From an uncultured Candidatus Rokubacteria bacterium (GTDB lineage Bacteria; Methylomirabilota; Methylomirabilia; Rokubacteriales; DASRDR01), in assembly GCA_963805625.1 (NCBI GenBank), contig CAWDVE010000014.1:32001-96000 (forward strand): a stretch of DNA of 64,000 nucleotides. The letters are read 5' to 3'. The notes under the pieces were generated by a model. That model was given only the letters and a program-made list of their open reading frames with translations, was not told where the DNA came from and ran no database searches. How positions within the stretch are numbered: the first letter of the stretch is position 1; each line of letters starts with the position of its first letter. Position numbers and translations under genes: made by a program. Below, piece by piece: positions 1 to 10,159 of this stretch.

Positions 1-490
1 CAGTACGCTGCGTGCTTGGCTGCGGCGACGCTCCCAAGCTGTGAGGCAATGTGGATGATGGAGCCACCGCCAGACTTCGCCATCAGCGGCACGACGAACT
101 TGCTCATTAGAAACGCACCACCCACCATCACGCCATACACGATGTTCCACTGAGCGACGTCATACTCCAGGATGGTGCCTCCTGCCTCTCGGACGGCAGC
201 CCCGTTCACTAACACGTCGATCCGGCCAAGTGCGCGATACGCTGCATCCACCGCAGCCTTGGCCTGCGCCTCTATCGACACGTCACAGTGGATACCGACG
301 GCGGCGCCACCCGCATCCCTAAGGTAATCGCTCCCACCGTGTCTCGCGTGCCGGGCTCATCGAGATCCACACACGCGATGCCCGCGCCGGCGCGAGCCAG
401 CTCAAGTGCGATCGCGCGGCCGATGCCATTCGCGCTGCCCACAACGATCGCGGCCTTCCCGATGAGGCTGTACGGATCCTGTGCGGTCAC
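1..490 (-). pseudogene. SDR family oxidoreductase, frameshifted near 325-335, runs off the window edge
   Basis: AAIVVGSANGIGRAIA (Rossmann motif) in one frame; another frame continues GIHCDVS...GRIDVLVNGA...GGSIIHIAS...HAAY. Confidence 0.8.
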
Positions 491-589
491 GCGACTTCTC
501 GCATTCTTGCCTCGTGTCTCCCGACGATCGAACGGGATCTGAGCCAGTGTAAAGACAGTCATGCCACGGGCATGCCGTTTGTCGTCTCC

Positions 590-743
590 AGCGACGTGTG
601 AGGATGACCTCGAGGAGGTGCGCGCGCTCCTCGGCCATGCTCGGATCGACACGACTCAGATCTATACGCGCATCCGGCCGCCACAGTTCCAGCGCGCGGT
701 CCCGTTCTACGACCAGACTGCACGGCGGATGCTCATCAGCTGA
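590..743 (+). pseudogene. Tyrosine recombinase C-terminal fragment
   Basis: LEEVRALLGHARIDTTQIYT (box II with catalytic Tyr); no N-terminal part present. Confidence 0.8.
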
Positions 744-890
744 TGCACGGTTCAAGGCCCCGTTTGAGCCTCGATGTGCAACGGCTCGAACAGGATTTGA
801 ATGGGCGGAATCCCGTTCGATCGGAATCGGGTTTCAGGACGTTGGCCAAGGCCCTCAAATCGGGGAACGAAACATCCAGAGAACATCGAG

Positions 891-936
891 TGGTGGCTCC
901 AGCGGGATTCGAACCCGCGTTTTGGCCTTGAGAGGG
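891..936 (-). other. 3' half of tRNA-Glu(CTC), att-site remnant
   Basis: Reverse complement CCCTCTCAAGGCCAAAACGCGGGTTCGAATCCCGCTGGAGCCACCA has the anticodon loop, T-arm and CCA; no D-arm or 5' acceptor strand upstream. Confidence 0.85.
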
Positions 937-971
937 TTGTAACCAGGACTGTGGTGACGCGGACTTAGGGC

Positions 972-997
972 GCGGTTGCCACCGGCGGTTGCCACCG
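972..997. repeat. 13-bp perfect tandem repeat GCGGTTGCCACCG x2, candidate integrase arm sites
   Basis: Direct duplication about 35 bp from the tRNA-half junction. Confidence 0.55.
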
Positions 998-1244
998 CGC
1001 CTTCGAGTGCGCAACAGGCTAGCCTGGACACCGCCTCGGCAACAGCCCGAAGTCGTCCGCGGAGAGTGGCCATCCCAAGCCGAACGATGGCGGACGGCCC
1101 CTTGATCTGGTAGGAAGCGGCCGCCACGCCCTACGGGAAGTCGCGTGGGAAACGGGTGGCCGGTCGCTCCGGCGTCAGTCGCTCCCGCCAAGTCCGGAGC
1201 CCGTCGAATGGACGGAGGCGCTGCTGTGACCATCGGCCTTCCCC

Positions 1245-1410
1245 TCAGCGGGCGCCGACGGGCACACCTTTCGCGGCGGCCACGATGAGCGCCGCGACCG
1301 CACCTGGCTGCGACACGTAGATCGCGTGGCTCCCCCGCCCCTCGACTACGGTCGATCCGGCGCGCTTTGCCATAACGCGCTGGGCCGGCGGTGGGATCAT
1401 CCGGTCTTTG
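1245..1410 (-). pseudogene. Alpha/beta hydrolase C-terminal fragment
   Basis: DRMIPPPAQRVMAKRAG...GSHAIYVSQP; 5' part missing. Confidence 0.7.
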
Positions 1411-1419
1411 GACGGATGC

Positions 1420-2667
1420 CTATGGATTGACACGCTGGACGACGAACGCACCCCACGCACAAGCCACCATCAGCACCAGACCCGGCAGGATCTCGACGGC
1501 GTACTGGCGGTCACCGAGTGCCAAGGCGCCGACCATCTTGCCTACGGTGTTGCTGGTGAAGCCCGTCAGGACCCCGAGCGATGCGAGTTCCATGTTCGTC
1601 GAGCTGCCCGCCACGGACACAGCCGAAATAGCCGCGGCGTGCGCATCGGCGAATCCCGCGAAGGCTGAACCGAGCAGCAGCCCGCTGGAGCCGAGCCAGC
1701 GCGTCAGAAGCGTGGAGCCGACCAGGGCACAGCCCAGGATCGCCATGAACAGGAGTGCCGTCCTGGGGTCGAAGGGACGACCGCTGCCGACGTTGTCATC
1801 CTCGGCTTGCCGCACGCTGCGCAGCGTGAAGAACGCGCCATAGACGATCGCGGCGAGTCCCGCTGCCCCCAGCGGCAGCATCAGGCTGCGTAAGGCTGCC
1901 ACGTTGGTGAGACCGATGACGATGGCCAGTTGCAGTACCGTCGCCACCGACGACAGCACCGCCCCGGCCACGGCGCCTTGACGCAGGGTCGGATGTGCTT
2001 TGGCACGAGCCCCCATCGCGGCGATGGTTGCCGTACTCGATACGAATCCGGACATCAACCCGGCCAGCGGTAACCCGAAGCGCGCGCCGAGCGTTCTCAA
2101 GGCTACGTAGCCGAGCGCATTGATCGCCATGAGCAGCACGACCAGCAACCAGAGCTTGCGCACATTGACGACGCCCCAGGGGTCGATCGGCTGATCCGGA
2201 ACCAGAGGCAGAATCACGAGCGCCGCTGCGGCCAGCAGCAGGCCGTCATGGACTTCCGTGTCGGTCAGAACGCTGTGGATGAAAGTATGCAGCCGGGATC
2301 GCGCCGCCAGGATGATTGCCACGATCACCGCAATGCCCGCGGCCATGCCGGGTTGCCGCGTGGCCCAGGCACCGAGCAGAAAAGTGGTCATGAGCGCAAT
2401 CTCAGTGGTCATCCCTGGATCCACAGTCTGCGTACGCTGGTAGCCGACGATGACCAGCAGGCCGACGACGACACTTAAGGAGACCAGGGCCCACTCATCG
2501 ATCGTGAGCGCGATTGCGCCGGTGAGCGAGGTGAGCGCAAACGTGCGGACGCCGGCCACCTGACGGTCCGGCCCCTGGCCCTTGCTGCGCTCGCGTTCGG
2601 TGCCGATCAGCAGGCCGAGTCCGAGGGCCACAGCCAGTCCGATGAGGTGTTCCTCGAGCACATCCAT
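1420..2667 (-). CDS. MgtC/SapB family membrane protein with DUF4010-type domain
   Basis: GLLIGTERE, AGVRTF, GMTTE, GFVSSTA motifs; many TM helices. Confidence 0.88.
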   Translation of the reverse strand: MDVLEEHLIGLAVALGLGLLIGTERERSKGQGPDRQVAGVRTFALTSLTGAIALTIDEWALVSLSVVVGLLVIVGYQRTQTVDPGMTTEIALMTTFLLGAWATRQPGMAAGIAVIVAIILAARSRLHTFIHSVLTDTEVHDGLLLAAAALVILPLVPDQPIDPWGVVNVRKLWLLVVLLMAINALGYVALRTLGARFGLPLAGLMSGFVSSTATIAAMGARAKAHPTLRQGAVAGAVLSSVATVLQLAIVIGLTNVAALRSLMLPLGAAGLAAIVYGAFFTLRSVRQAEDDNVGSGRPFDPRTALLFMAILGCALVGSTLLTRWLGSSGLLLGSAFAGFADAHAAAISAVSVAGSSTNMELASLGVLTGFTSNTVGKMVGALALGDRQYAVEILPGLVLMVACAWGAFVVQRVNP

Positions 2668-3172
2668 GCAGGTATGTTACGTGAGCGGGCCGAGCCGTAG
2701 GGGCGGATCACCGCGCCGGCGGTGTCAACCCACGCGATGGCCGGCATTCCTTTGCAAACCGTGGGATTTCGGGAGATCAGGCAGGCTCCACCGTGACGCG
2801 CTGCGGCCCGAGGTGGCTTCGTGTCACCGCCCTGTGGCCCGCCGCACGTCGCCCTGGCGACCGGAACGGCCGAAGGCATCGTCCGCGCGCTCAAGCGAAA
2901 CGAGCTCTAACGGCCAGCCGAGCCACCGACGGCGCCCCCCGGCGACCGCGACGCCGCGTCCGCTCCGCCGGCACGGATGGAAGCCCGCAACCACTTGCCG
3001 GCCAACTGCGGGCTACTCAACGTCGGTTCGAGAGAGACGTCGCGTGCCGACATATGTCGTCCCGCAGCGTACGAGCATGGTGGCATGCCGAGCACTTCCT
3101 CTGCTCAATCCTTAGTCTTGGCCGGTCCGACTTGCCACCTTCCGTCACCCAACTCTCGATCGGTTCTCGGCC

Positions 3173-4185
3173 TCAGCTCCCACGCTTCATGGTCTTCTCC
3201 CAGAAGCGGATGGCGTCGGCCATCCATCCTTGGGCACTCGTGCCCGTGCCGAGCCCGAAGCCATGGCCGAGATGTCCGAACTTATGATACTCGACCAGCG
3301 TACCGGCCCTGCGAAGGGCCGCGATCCGCTGTTCCATGCTCGATGCCGGCGCAATGCCATCTTGCTCGCCGACGACCACAAAGGTCGGAGGCTCATCGGA
3401 CGAATAGTCTGAATGCGCGGTGTAGGCCATCACGACGGCGGACGGCTTTGGAAGGGAGTCACCTCCAAACCCTGCAACCCCGTCCGAACCGATTGCGGCC
3501 GCCATCCTCGCGCCCGCCCAACTCCCCCACACCGAATAATCCTGGGTGCTGACTCCGAGCGTGCGGGCACCCCTGAAGATGTAGGAGATGGCCGCCGCCA
3601 TGTCCTGGGTAGCCGCCGCACTGCCATGACCGGCCCGGTATTTCAGGACGAAGGCGTGTACCCCCGCCCGCTGATCTCCACGGCATAGGGAAAGCCTTCG
3701 TGGACGGAGCCCACATAGGAGAACCCGCCACCCGGGGCGACAATGGCAAACGGCGCTCCGACCGTACCGCGGAAGAAGAACAACCCGGTCTGTTCTTTCG
3801 ATGGCTCTGCCCGCTTCTGCGCCTCGGTGTAGACATCGAAGAATATGGTCTTGCCGCGGTTCACATCGTCAATCATGTGATTCATGGCGCCCACCACCAC
3901 ATCCGGACTCACATGGGTGTGATACGGCAGCAGCGAGCCGATGTCGCTCAACCGTGTGTCTTCAGCATAGGCGCGATCATCCCAGGGCAGTATCAACCGA
4001 CCATGACCGGCGAACGCCGGATGATGCAGGACGTCCCGGATACTGCTGGCCACGCTCAGGTGGCCGCTAGTCACCGGCTCACTCGCATTGCCACGGGAGA
4101 GGACAGTCTCGCTCTGTCCAGCTTCCGCAAGCGAAGCCATCCAGAGCACCGAGAACGCCAAGCCGGTGGTTCTGAGGACATCCAT
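3173..4185 (-). pseudogene. Secreted alpha/beta hydrolase (esterase-like), frameshifted near 3660
   Basis: Signal peptide and APGGGFSYV in ORF 3643..4242; WGSWAGA, GEQD and GHGFGLG in ORF 3173..3601. Confidence 0.8.
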
Positions 4186-4229
4186 TCCTCTGATTGTGGA
4201 TCCTTGCCACGGCCGCCGCCACCGCGATG

Positions 4230-4257
4230 CGGAACCTGTCAACGAGAGTGAGACAGT
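4230..4257 (-). mobile_element. Probable IS3-family terminal inverted repeat remnant
   Basis: CGGAACCTGTCAACGAGAGTGAGACAG resembles, from recall, the ends of the IS3 subgroup seen at 5996-6665; unverified. Confidence 0.4.
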
Positions 4258-4460
4258 GGGGCCATGAGTTTAGTGGAGGAGTGCCTTTTTGGTTGTCCGG
4301 GGTAGCGGTGGCCCACTTGATCTTGATGCTGCGGGAAGCCTGGCCCGTGGTTTGCTCCCGTGACTGCGGCCAGCCGATGACGTGATCTGCCCGGATCATT
4401 CATCCGCTCGCGCCCGCATCGAGGGCGGAATCGTCACGGCCGGTTTGGTCCTGGGACCTG

Positions 4461-4961
4461 CTAGAAGTGAAATCGCACGACCACCGGCGGCATCCCCTGT
4501 CGCGGAAAGACCAGAAACACATTACTATACTCGTCCCGGCCGATCGGAACGTCTGCTGTGTGTCCCAGCGCCCTGAGCAACACCGGGATGGTTTGCGAAT
4601 GGCTGACGATGAGCACACGATCCTGGGTGTGCTCGACGGCAAGCCGCCTCACCAGTGCCTCGATCTCGCGTCGCGGCACGATCCGGCTGTCGATCGCCAA
4701 CACCTTCGCCAGTGGTTGCGCGGTCTGAATCGTCCGCAGAGTCTCGCTCGTGTAAATGACGCGGATGCCCGCGTCTCTGAGGACGCTGGGTAGCCGTGCA
4801 GCGCGCTGATGGCCGATGTCCGTTAGCGGTGGATCCTCCCCATCGACCGCCTGCTCCGTATGCCGAATGATGAAGACCGCCTCTTGGGCCATGCTTGCGA
4901 GTGGGACCAGGAGGCAGAGGCAGGTGAAGAAGACGATGACAGCAAGTCTCCCGAAAGGCAT
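4461..4961 (-). CDS. Histidine phosphatase / phosphoglycerate mutase family protein, exported
   Basis: IIRHTE, LTDIGHQRA, SETLRTIQTA, LIVSHS motifs; signal peptide. Confidence 0.85.
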   Translation of the reverse strand: MPFGRLAVIVFFTCLCLLVPLASMAQEAVFIIRHTEQAVDGEDPPLTDIGHQRAARLPSVLRDAGIRVIYTSETLRTIQTAQPLAKVLAIDSRIVPRREIEALVRRLAVEHTQDRVLIVSHSQTIPVLLRALGHTADVPIGRDEYSNVFLVFPRQGMPPVVVRFHF

Positions 4962-4982
4962 GCGTGTCGCCCTCCCTTCCTC

Positions 4983-5966
4983 TCACCGGAGCACGTGGTC
5001 GGCCCGAGTGAGGATTGTCGGCGGCAGGATCAGCCCCAGGGCCTTCGCAGTCCTTGCATTCACCACTAGCTCGAACTCAGTCGGCTGCTCGACCGGCAGG
5101 TCGCTCGGCCGAGCTCCCCTTAAGATCTTGGTCACGTAGCCGGCAGCCTGTCGAAACACCTTGGCATGGCTCGGGCCGTATGCCATCAGGCCTCCCGCCT
5201 CGACGAATTCCCGGGATGCGTACATAGCCGGAAGGCGATGCTGGCCCGCCAGCATGACGATCAAACTGCGATGCCGAGCATTCACCGGTGTCTCAGGCGC
5301 ATACAACGCGTCAGTCCGCTCCCGGGAGAACCACGCGAAGACGTCCCGAAACTCCTCTGGTGTGGCCGCTTCCGGCGAGACCAGCAACGCCAACCCTAAC
5401 GCCCGCGCTGCGTCGCGCATCGGGGCCGGATCGACCCGGCTGGCCGAGTCCAGCACGACCCCCACGCGAGTGGCCGCCGGCACGGTCTCTTTCAGCAGCT
5501 GGAGGCGCTTCCCTTCGATCTCACGGCCGGCCGAATCGGACACGCCCGTCACATTGCCGCCGGGATGTGCCAGGCTCGCCACCAACCCGAATCCTACCGG
5601 ATCAGCGGCCCCGGCGAAGACGATTGGAATGGTACTCGTGGCGACCTTGGCGGCGCGTACGGCGGACGCGCCAGAGGCAATGATGACATCCACCTTCAAG
5701 CCCACAAGTTCCGTCGCCAGCTCGGGAAGCCGGTCGGCCCGGCCACCGGCGTATCGGCGCTCGATCGTGATGCTCTTTCCCTCGACCCACCCATCCTCGC
5801 GGAGCCCCTCCAAGAGGGCAGCCTCAATGCGCGGAGGCAACCCGTCGGCGAGTGAGAGGAAGCCGACCCGAGGGACTCTCCCCGCGAGCTGTGCCTCGGC
5901 GGCGAGCGCCGCCACGAGGAACGCGATCGTCAGGATGGCCATGGGAACGCGCCGTGAAACCGTCAT
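4983..5966 (-). CDS. ABC transporter substrate-binding protein (ABC_sub_bind type)
   Basis: [44 protein letters not shown]. Confidence 0.9.
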   Translation of the reverse strand: MTVSRRVPMAILTIAFLVAALAAEAQLAGRVPRVGFLSLADGLPPRIEAALLEGLREDGWVEGKSITIERRYAGGRADRLPELATELVGLKVDVIIASGASAVRAAKVATSTIPIVFAGAADPVGFGLVASLAHPGGNVTGVSDSAGREIEGKRLQLLKETVPAATRVGVVLDSASRVDPAPMRDAARALGLALLVSPEAATPEEFRDVFAWFSRERTDALYAPETPVNARHRSLIVMLAGQHRLPAMYASREFVEAGGLMAYGPSHAKVFRQAAGYVTKILRGARPSDLPVEQPTEFELVVNARTAKALGLILPPTILTRADHVLR

Positions 5967-5995
5967 GTCTCCTCTCCGGCTCGAGATCGTGCGCC

Positions 5996-6665
5996 TCAGC
6001 ATAGCTCCGGTCCTGACCACCCGTCAGGCGCGATTTCGGTGGAGCCGGTCGCGGGAGGATTGATCCAGACTTCCGTCGGACACGCCGGCGGCCGGGGGAG
6101 CCCGCGGGGGAAGCGCTCTGGGCGCGCGGCGTGAGCCGTGGCGAGTACGACCGCTCGCGCTGCCACGCGTTGGTCGGCCAGGCCGTGGTGGACGTCATGG
6201 GGCGTCAGGAGCCCAAGGCCGCTGTGCCGATGCTCCGTGTTGTACCAGGGGAAGAAGGCGTGGCAGTAGGCGCGGGCGTCCTGGATCGAGCCGAACCGCT
6301 TCGGGAAGGCGGGCCGATACTTGAGCGTCTTGAACTGCGCCTCCGAGTAGGGATTGTCATTGGAGACGTGGGGTCGAGCATGGGTCTTGGTGACACCCAG
6401 GTCAGCTAGGAGGAGCGCCACGGGCTTCGAGGTCATCGCGGGTCCGCGATCTGCGTGGATGGTCAGCTGATTGCGTTCGATCCCCTGCCGGACACACGTC
6501 TCGCGGATGAACCGCTCCGCCAGCGTGGCGCTCTCCCGATGCGCCACCATCCAGCCCACCACGTACCGACTGAAGACGTCGAGTAATGTGGAGCTCCACA
6601 TGAGTCGAGCATGACATACAGGTAGAAGTAGGTCCACTTGGCCGGGCCGAGGAGCTTGGTGATGT
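5996..6665 (-). mobile_element. IS3-family transposase C-terminal fragment, with a 26-bp insertion; 5' end cut by the IS at 6666
   Basis: ITKLLGP..WTYFYLYVMLD/VFSRYVVGW, IHADRG, SNDNPYSEAQFKTLK, WYNTEHRHSGL. Confidence 0.88.
6578..6609. repeat. Transposon footprint: 20-bp near-perfect palindrome between 6-bp direct repeats
   Basis: GTCGAG-TAATGTGGAGCTCCACATGA-GTCGAG; removing 26 bp restores the IS3 frame (MLD-VFSRY). Confidence 0.8.
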
Positions 6666-8007
6666 TGTCCTTCGCCAAAACCCCGTCCAGCGGCCAGGCG
6701 GTTGATCTTTCAGCTCGGATCCGGAGACAATGGCCGTCCCATGATCACCACGCTGCTCCACCTGCTTCGCCTCTTCCCGTTCCTCTGCGGCGGCCACCGC
6801 CAGCTCGCTCTCGAGAACCGTGCCTTGCGCCAGCAGCTCGTCGTGTACAAGAGAACGGCGAACCGGCCTCAGCTGCGCCCCCGCGATCGGCTCTTCTGGG
6901 TCGGCTTGTCCAGGGTGTGGACGGGATAGAGAACGGCCCTCGTGATCGTGGCGCCCGACACCGTCCGGCGCTGGCAGCGGCGCCGCTTCCGCCTGCACTG
7001 GTCCAAGCTCTCCGGTCAGCCCACTGGGGGCCGCCCGCCCATCAGCCCCGAGATCAGAGCCCTTGTCACACGAATGGCTGCGGCAAATCCCCTGTGGGGC
7101 GCCCCCAGAATCCATGGCGAACTCCTGAAGCTCGGTATCGACGTGGCCGAGCGCACCGTCTCCCGGCTGATCCCCAAGCGGCGCTCACCGCCCTCTCAGA
7201 CCTGGCGCGCGTTCTTGACCAACCATGTCGCGGACCTCGGTGCCATCGACTTCTTTACCGTACCCACCGCGCACTTGCGCGTGTTCTTCGTCCTCATCGT
7301 GCTCGCCCACCATCGCCGCCGTGTCCTCCACTTCAACGTCACCGAGCATCCCCCCGCCACATGGACCGCCCAGCAGATGGTGGACGCCTTTCCGGAAGAC
7401 TCCGCGCCGTCCTATCTCCTCCGCGACCGCGACAGCGTCTACGGTCACCTCTTTCAGCACCGACTGAGGGGCATGCGCATCCGTGAAGTGCTGACGGCCC
7501 CCCACAGCCCATGGCAGAACCCGGTCGTGGAACGCCTCATCGGCTCGATCCGGCGCGAGTGTCTGGATCATGTCCTCGTCCTGGGCGAGAGCCACCTGCG
7601 CCGCATCTTGACCCGCTACCTCGCGTACTCTCACCGCGCACGCACTCACCTCGCACTCGACAAGGATGCGCCCGACGGGAGGCCCAGCGAACCGCCGGCA
7701 CTGGGCACGATCATGGCGATTCCCGACGTCGGTGGGCTGCATCACCGATACGTCCGCCGGGCGGCATAATCCAGCATCGCTCGGCCGGCCTACCGCTCCC
7801 CAGCGCCACGGCCCTCACGACACGATCCTTCCTTCTGGGGCCAATCCGCCCACGCTGATCGACCGTTTGGGATGGCGGGACCGATGGCCTCAATCTGCCG
7901 ACTGCCCTGCGTCGAACGTCCCACCCACCATTCTTCGAGCGTGTTGGGCCTCTCCCAAGAGCACGGATCGTCGCCAAGCGAATCGGACGCGGTTTTGGCG
8001 AAGGACA
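6666..8007 (+). mobile_element. IS element with integrase-core (rve) transposase and 23-bp TIRs
   Basis: Left end TGTCCTTCGCCAAAACCCCGTCC; right end reverse complement TGTCCTTCGCCAAAACCGCGTCC (22/23 match); no target duplication. Confidence 0.88.
6741..7769 (+). pseudogene. Integrase-core transposase with an internal TAG at 6927-6929
   Basis: ORFs 6702..6929 and 6942..7769 are in the same frame; WGAPRIHGEL, IDFF, LRDRD, SPWQNPVVER. Confidence 0.85.
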
Positions 8008-8438
8008 GGCGTGTGGTGAATCCTCAGCAGTCGCTGGTGGCCGGGGTAGAGCGGGCGTGTCCAGGTCGCCTCGGACTCGAACGTCACGGGCAATCGGCCC
8101 TCTTCGCGCACCACGAACGTGTAGCCCAACAGGAACGCAGGCACCGGGCCGTGCGTCGTAAGGCGGATCTCGAAGCTGTACGTGTCCGCATCCAGGAAGA
8201 AACTCTCATCGGCTAGGAAGTTCGCTTCTACCCATGGCCGATGCGTGGCGTCGAACATCCGCTGCGTGGTCGAGGCCTGCCGCTTAGCCTCACGGGCCAG
8301 GCGCCACGTGAGGGCGGCGTAGACACCGGCTACGACGACGCCCGCGACAGTCGCCAAGCCGGTCAGTCCGCTCAGCGCCGCCTGTTCCTTGCTGAGCCAG
8401 CCCCAAAGGTTGTTCCACCACGAGATCAAACTGTCCAC
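8008..8438 (-). pseudogene. Hypothetical single-TM membrane protein, 3' end truncated by the IS
   Basis: N-terminal hydrophobic helix then soluble domain; the frame runs into the IS TIR at 8007; divergent from the recombinase. Confidence 0.6.
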
Positions 8439-8491
8439 GGCGGCGAGGGTAGCACGCCGGGTCTACAGACCAGTCACGTGAAAGGAGATGC

Positions 8492-10159
8492 TTGATGATC
8501 GCAGCCATCTACGCGCGCAAGAGCAACGAGCAAGGCGTCCCCGATGAGGCGAAGTCCGTAACCCGCCAGGTCGAGCACGCGACGGCGTATACCCAGCGGA
8601 AGGGCTGGACCGTTCACCCGTCTCACGTCTACGTCGACGACGCGATCAGCGGGGCGGAGTTCGTCAACAGACCGGGCTTGGCCAGGCTCCTGACCGCCCT
8701 GTCGTCGCGCCCGTTCCAGGTCGTCGTCATGGCCGAACCCTCACGCCTCGGCCGTGAGCAGATCGAGACCGCGTACACCCTCAAGCGCATCACGGACGCC
8801 GACGTGCGGGTGTTCTACTACCTGAATGACCACGAAGCCCTCATGGACACGGCGCTGGCGAAGGTGATGGCGTCGCTGACCGGGTTCGCCGCAGAGCAGG
8901 AGCGCGAGCAGGCCCGGGTCCGGACGCATGACGCGATGGCCCGCAAGGCGAAGGCCGGCCACGTCACGGGCGGGCTGACCTACGGCTACACCAACGTGCG
9001 CCGGGACGGCCACGTCGCGCGCCAGATCAACGAGCGCGAGGCGGCGGTCGTCAAGCGCATCTTCGCCGACTACGTGCAGGGGATCGGTCCCCGTGCCCTC
9101 GCCGTCGCCCTCGCGGCGGAGGGTGCGATCCCACCCAAGCCACGGCAGCGAGGGGCGGTCCCCGGATGGTCGCGGGCCGCGATCCTGGACATCCTCAAGC
9201 GCGACCTGTACCGGGGCGAGATCGTCTGGAACCGCCTCAAGAAGACGGACCGTGGTGGCCGGACGAAGGTCCGGGTTACCCGGGCCACGACGGACCTGAT
9301 CCGCGTCCAGGACGAATCCCTCCGCATCATCGACGACGTGACGTGGGAGGCGGCGCAGGCACGCCGGCAGAAGATGGCCGGCACTCGACCGGCAGGATCA
9401 TGGACCCGGAGCACGACCCCCTCCACGCCCGCGCTGCTGGCGGGCATCGCGCGCTGCGCGGGCTGCGGCGCGCCCCTGACCCGGCGTGGCCGACCGAACG
9501 GGTCAGGCAAGAATCGGACCCGCATCATGATGTACGTGTGCAGCAGTCGGAACCGGCCCGGGGTCTGCGCCAACGCGGTCGCGCTCAAGGAGTCTATCCT
9601 CGACGACGCCGTCCTCCACGCCCTGGCGGACGCCCTGTCCGCCGACGCGATCGAGGCGGCGGTCAAGCGGGCGATGGCCGAGGCGAAGGCGGAGCTGTCC
9701 GGGAGTGCGGATCGCCGGGTCGAACTCGACCGGGACATCCGGACGGTGGAGACCCGGCTCGCGCGGCTGATGGAAGCCCTCGCGGCGGGCACGATGCCGG
9801 TCGGCGTCATCACCCCGAAGGTGACCGAGGAGGAGGCACGACGGGTCAGCCTGACCCGCGAGCGCGATGCCCTGGCCACGGCCGGCGCCGTGGTCGACTA
9901 CACCAACACGAAGGTCCTAGCCGCGATCAAGGCAGCGGCCGGCGACGTCCGGGCTGCCCTGCTGGAACATCGCACGGAGGCGAAGGACGTCTTGTCCGCG
10001 TTCCTCGACACGATCGTGTTCACCCCGTTCGGCGCAGGCCGTGCGCGGGGCTACGAGTTCAAGGGGACCGGCGACTACGGGTCCCTGATCGGCCAGGCCG
10101 TGAAACCTCTCCTGCGGGTGGTGTCCCCGACGGGATTCGAACCCGTGTTGCCAGATTGA
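8492..10159 (+). CDS. Large serine recombinase (integrase)
   Basis: YARKS catalytic Ser, DDAISG, RPGL, SRLGR, TYGY, recombinase domain, CxxC...C...C zinc ribbon, coiled coil; AAAGGAG RBS. Confidence 0.95.
   Translation: MMIAAIYARKSNEQGVPDEAKSVTRQVEHATAYTQRKGWTVHPSHVYVDDAISGAEFVNRPGLARLLTALSSRPFQVVVMAEPSRLGREQIETAYTLKRITDADVRVFYYLNDHEALMDTALAKVMASLTGFAAEQEREQARVRTHDAMARKAKAGHVTGGLTYGYTNVRRDGHVARQINEREAAVVKRIFADYVQGIGPRALAVALAAEGAIPPKPRQRGAVPGWSRAAILDILKRDLYRGEIVWNRLKKTDRGGRTKVRVTRATTDLIRVQDESLRIIDDVTWEAAQARRQKMAGTRPAGSWTRSTTPSTPALLAGIARCAGCGAPLTRRGRPNGSGKNRTRIMMYVCSSRNRPGVCANAVALKESILDDAVLHALADALSADAIEAAVKRAMAEAKAELSGSADRRVELDRDIRTVETRLARLMEALAAGTMPVGVITPKVTEEEARRVSLTRERDALATAGAVVDYTNTKVLAAIKAAAGDVRAALLEHRTEAKDVLSAFLDTIVFTPFGAGRARGYEFKGTGDYGSLIGQAVKPLLRVVSPTGFEPVLPD

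Noticed and set aside
743-931. 62-aa ORF ending VVAPAGFEPAFWP
   Set aside because: It is an antisense read-through of the tRNA fragment, with no protein evidence.
6927-6929. In-frame TAG codons (also at 42907 and 46292) as possible amber recoding
   Set aside because: Each lies in an otherwise decayed gene, the two that could be read are explained by TGG>TAG or CAG>TAG, and TAG is used as a normal stop elsewhere; no pyl genes are in view.
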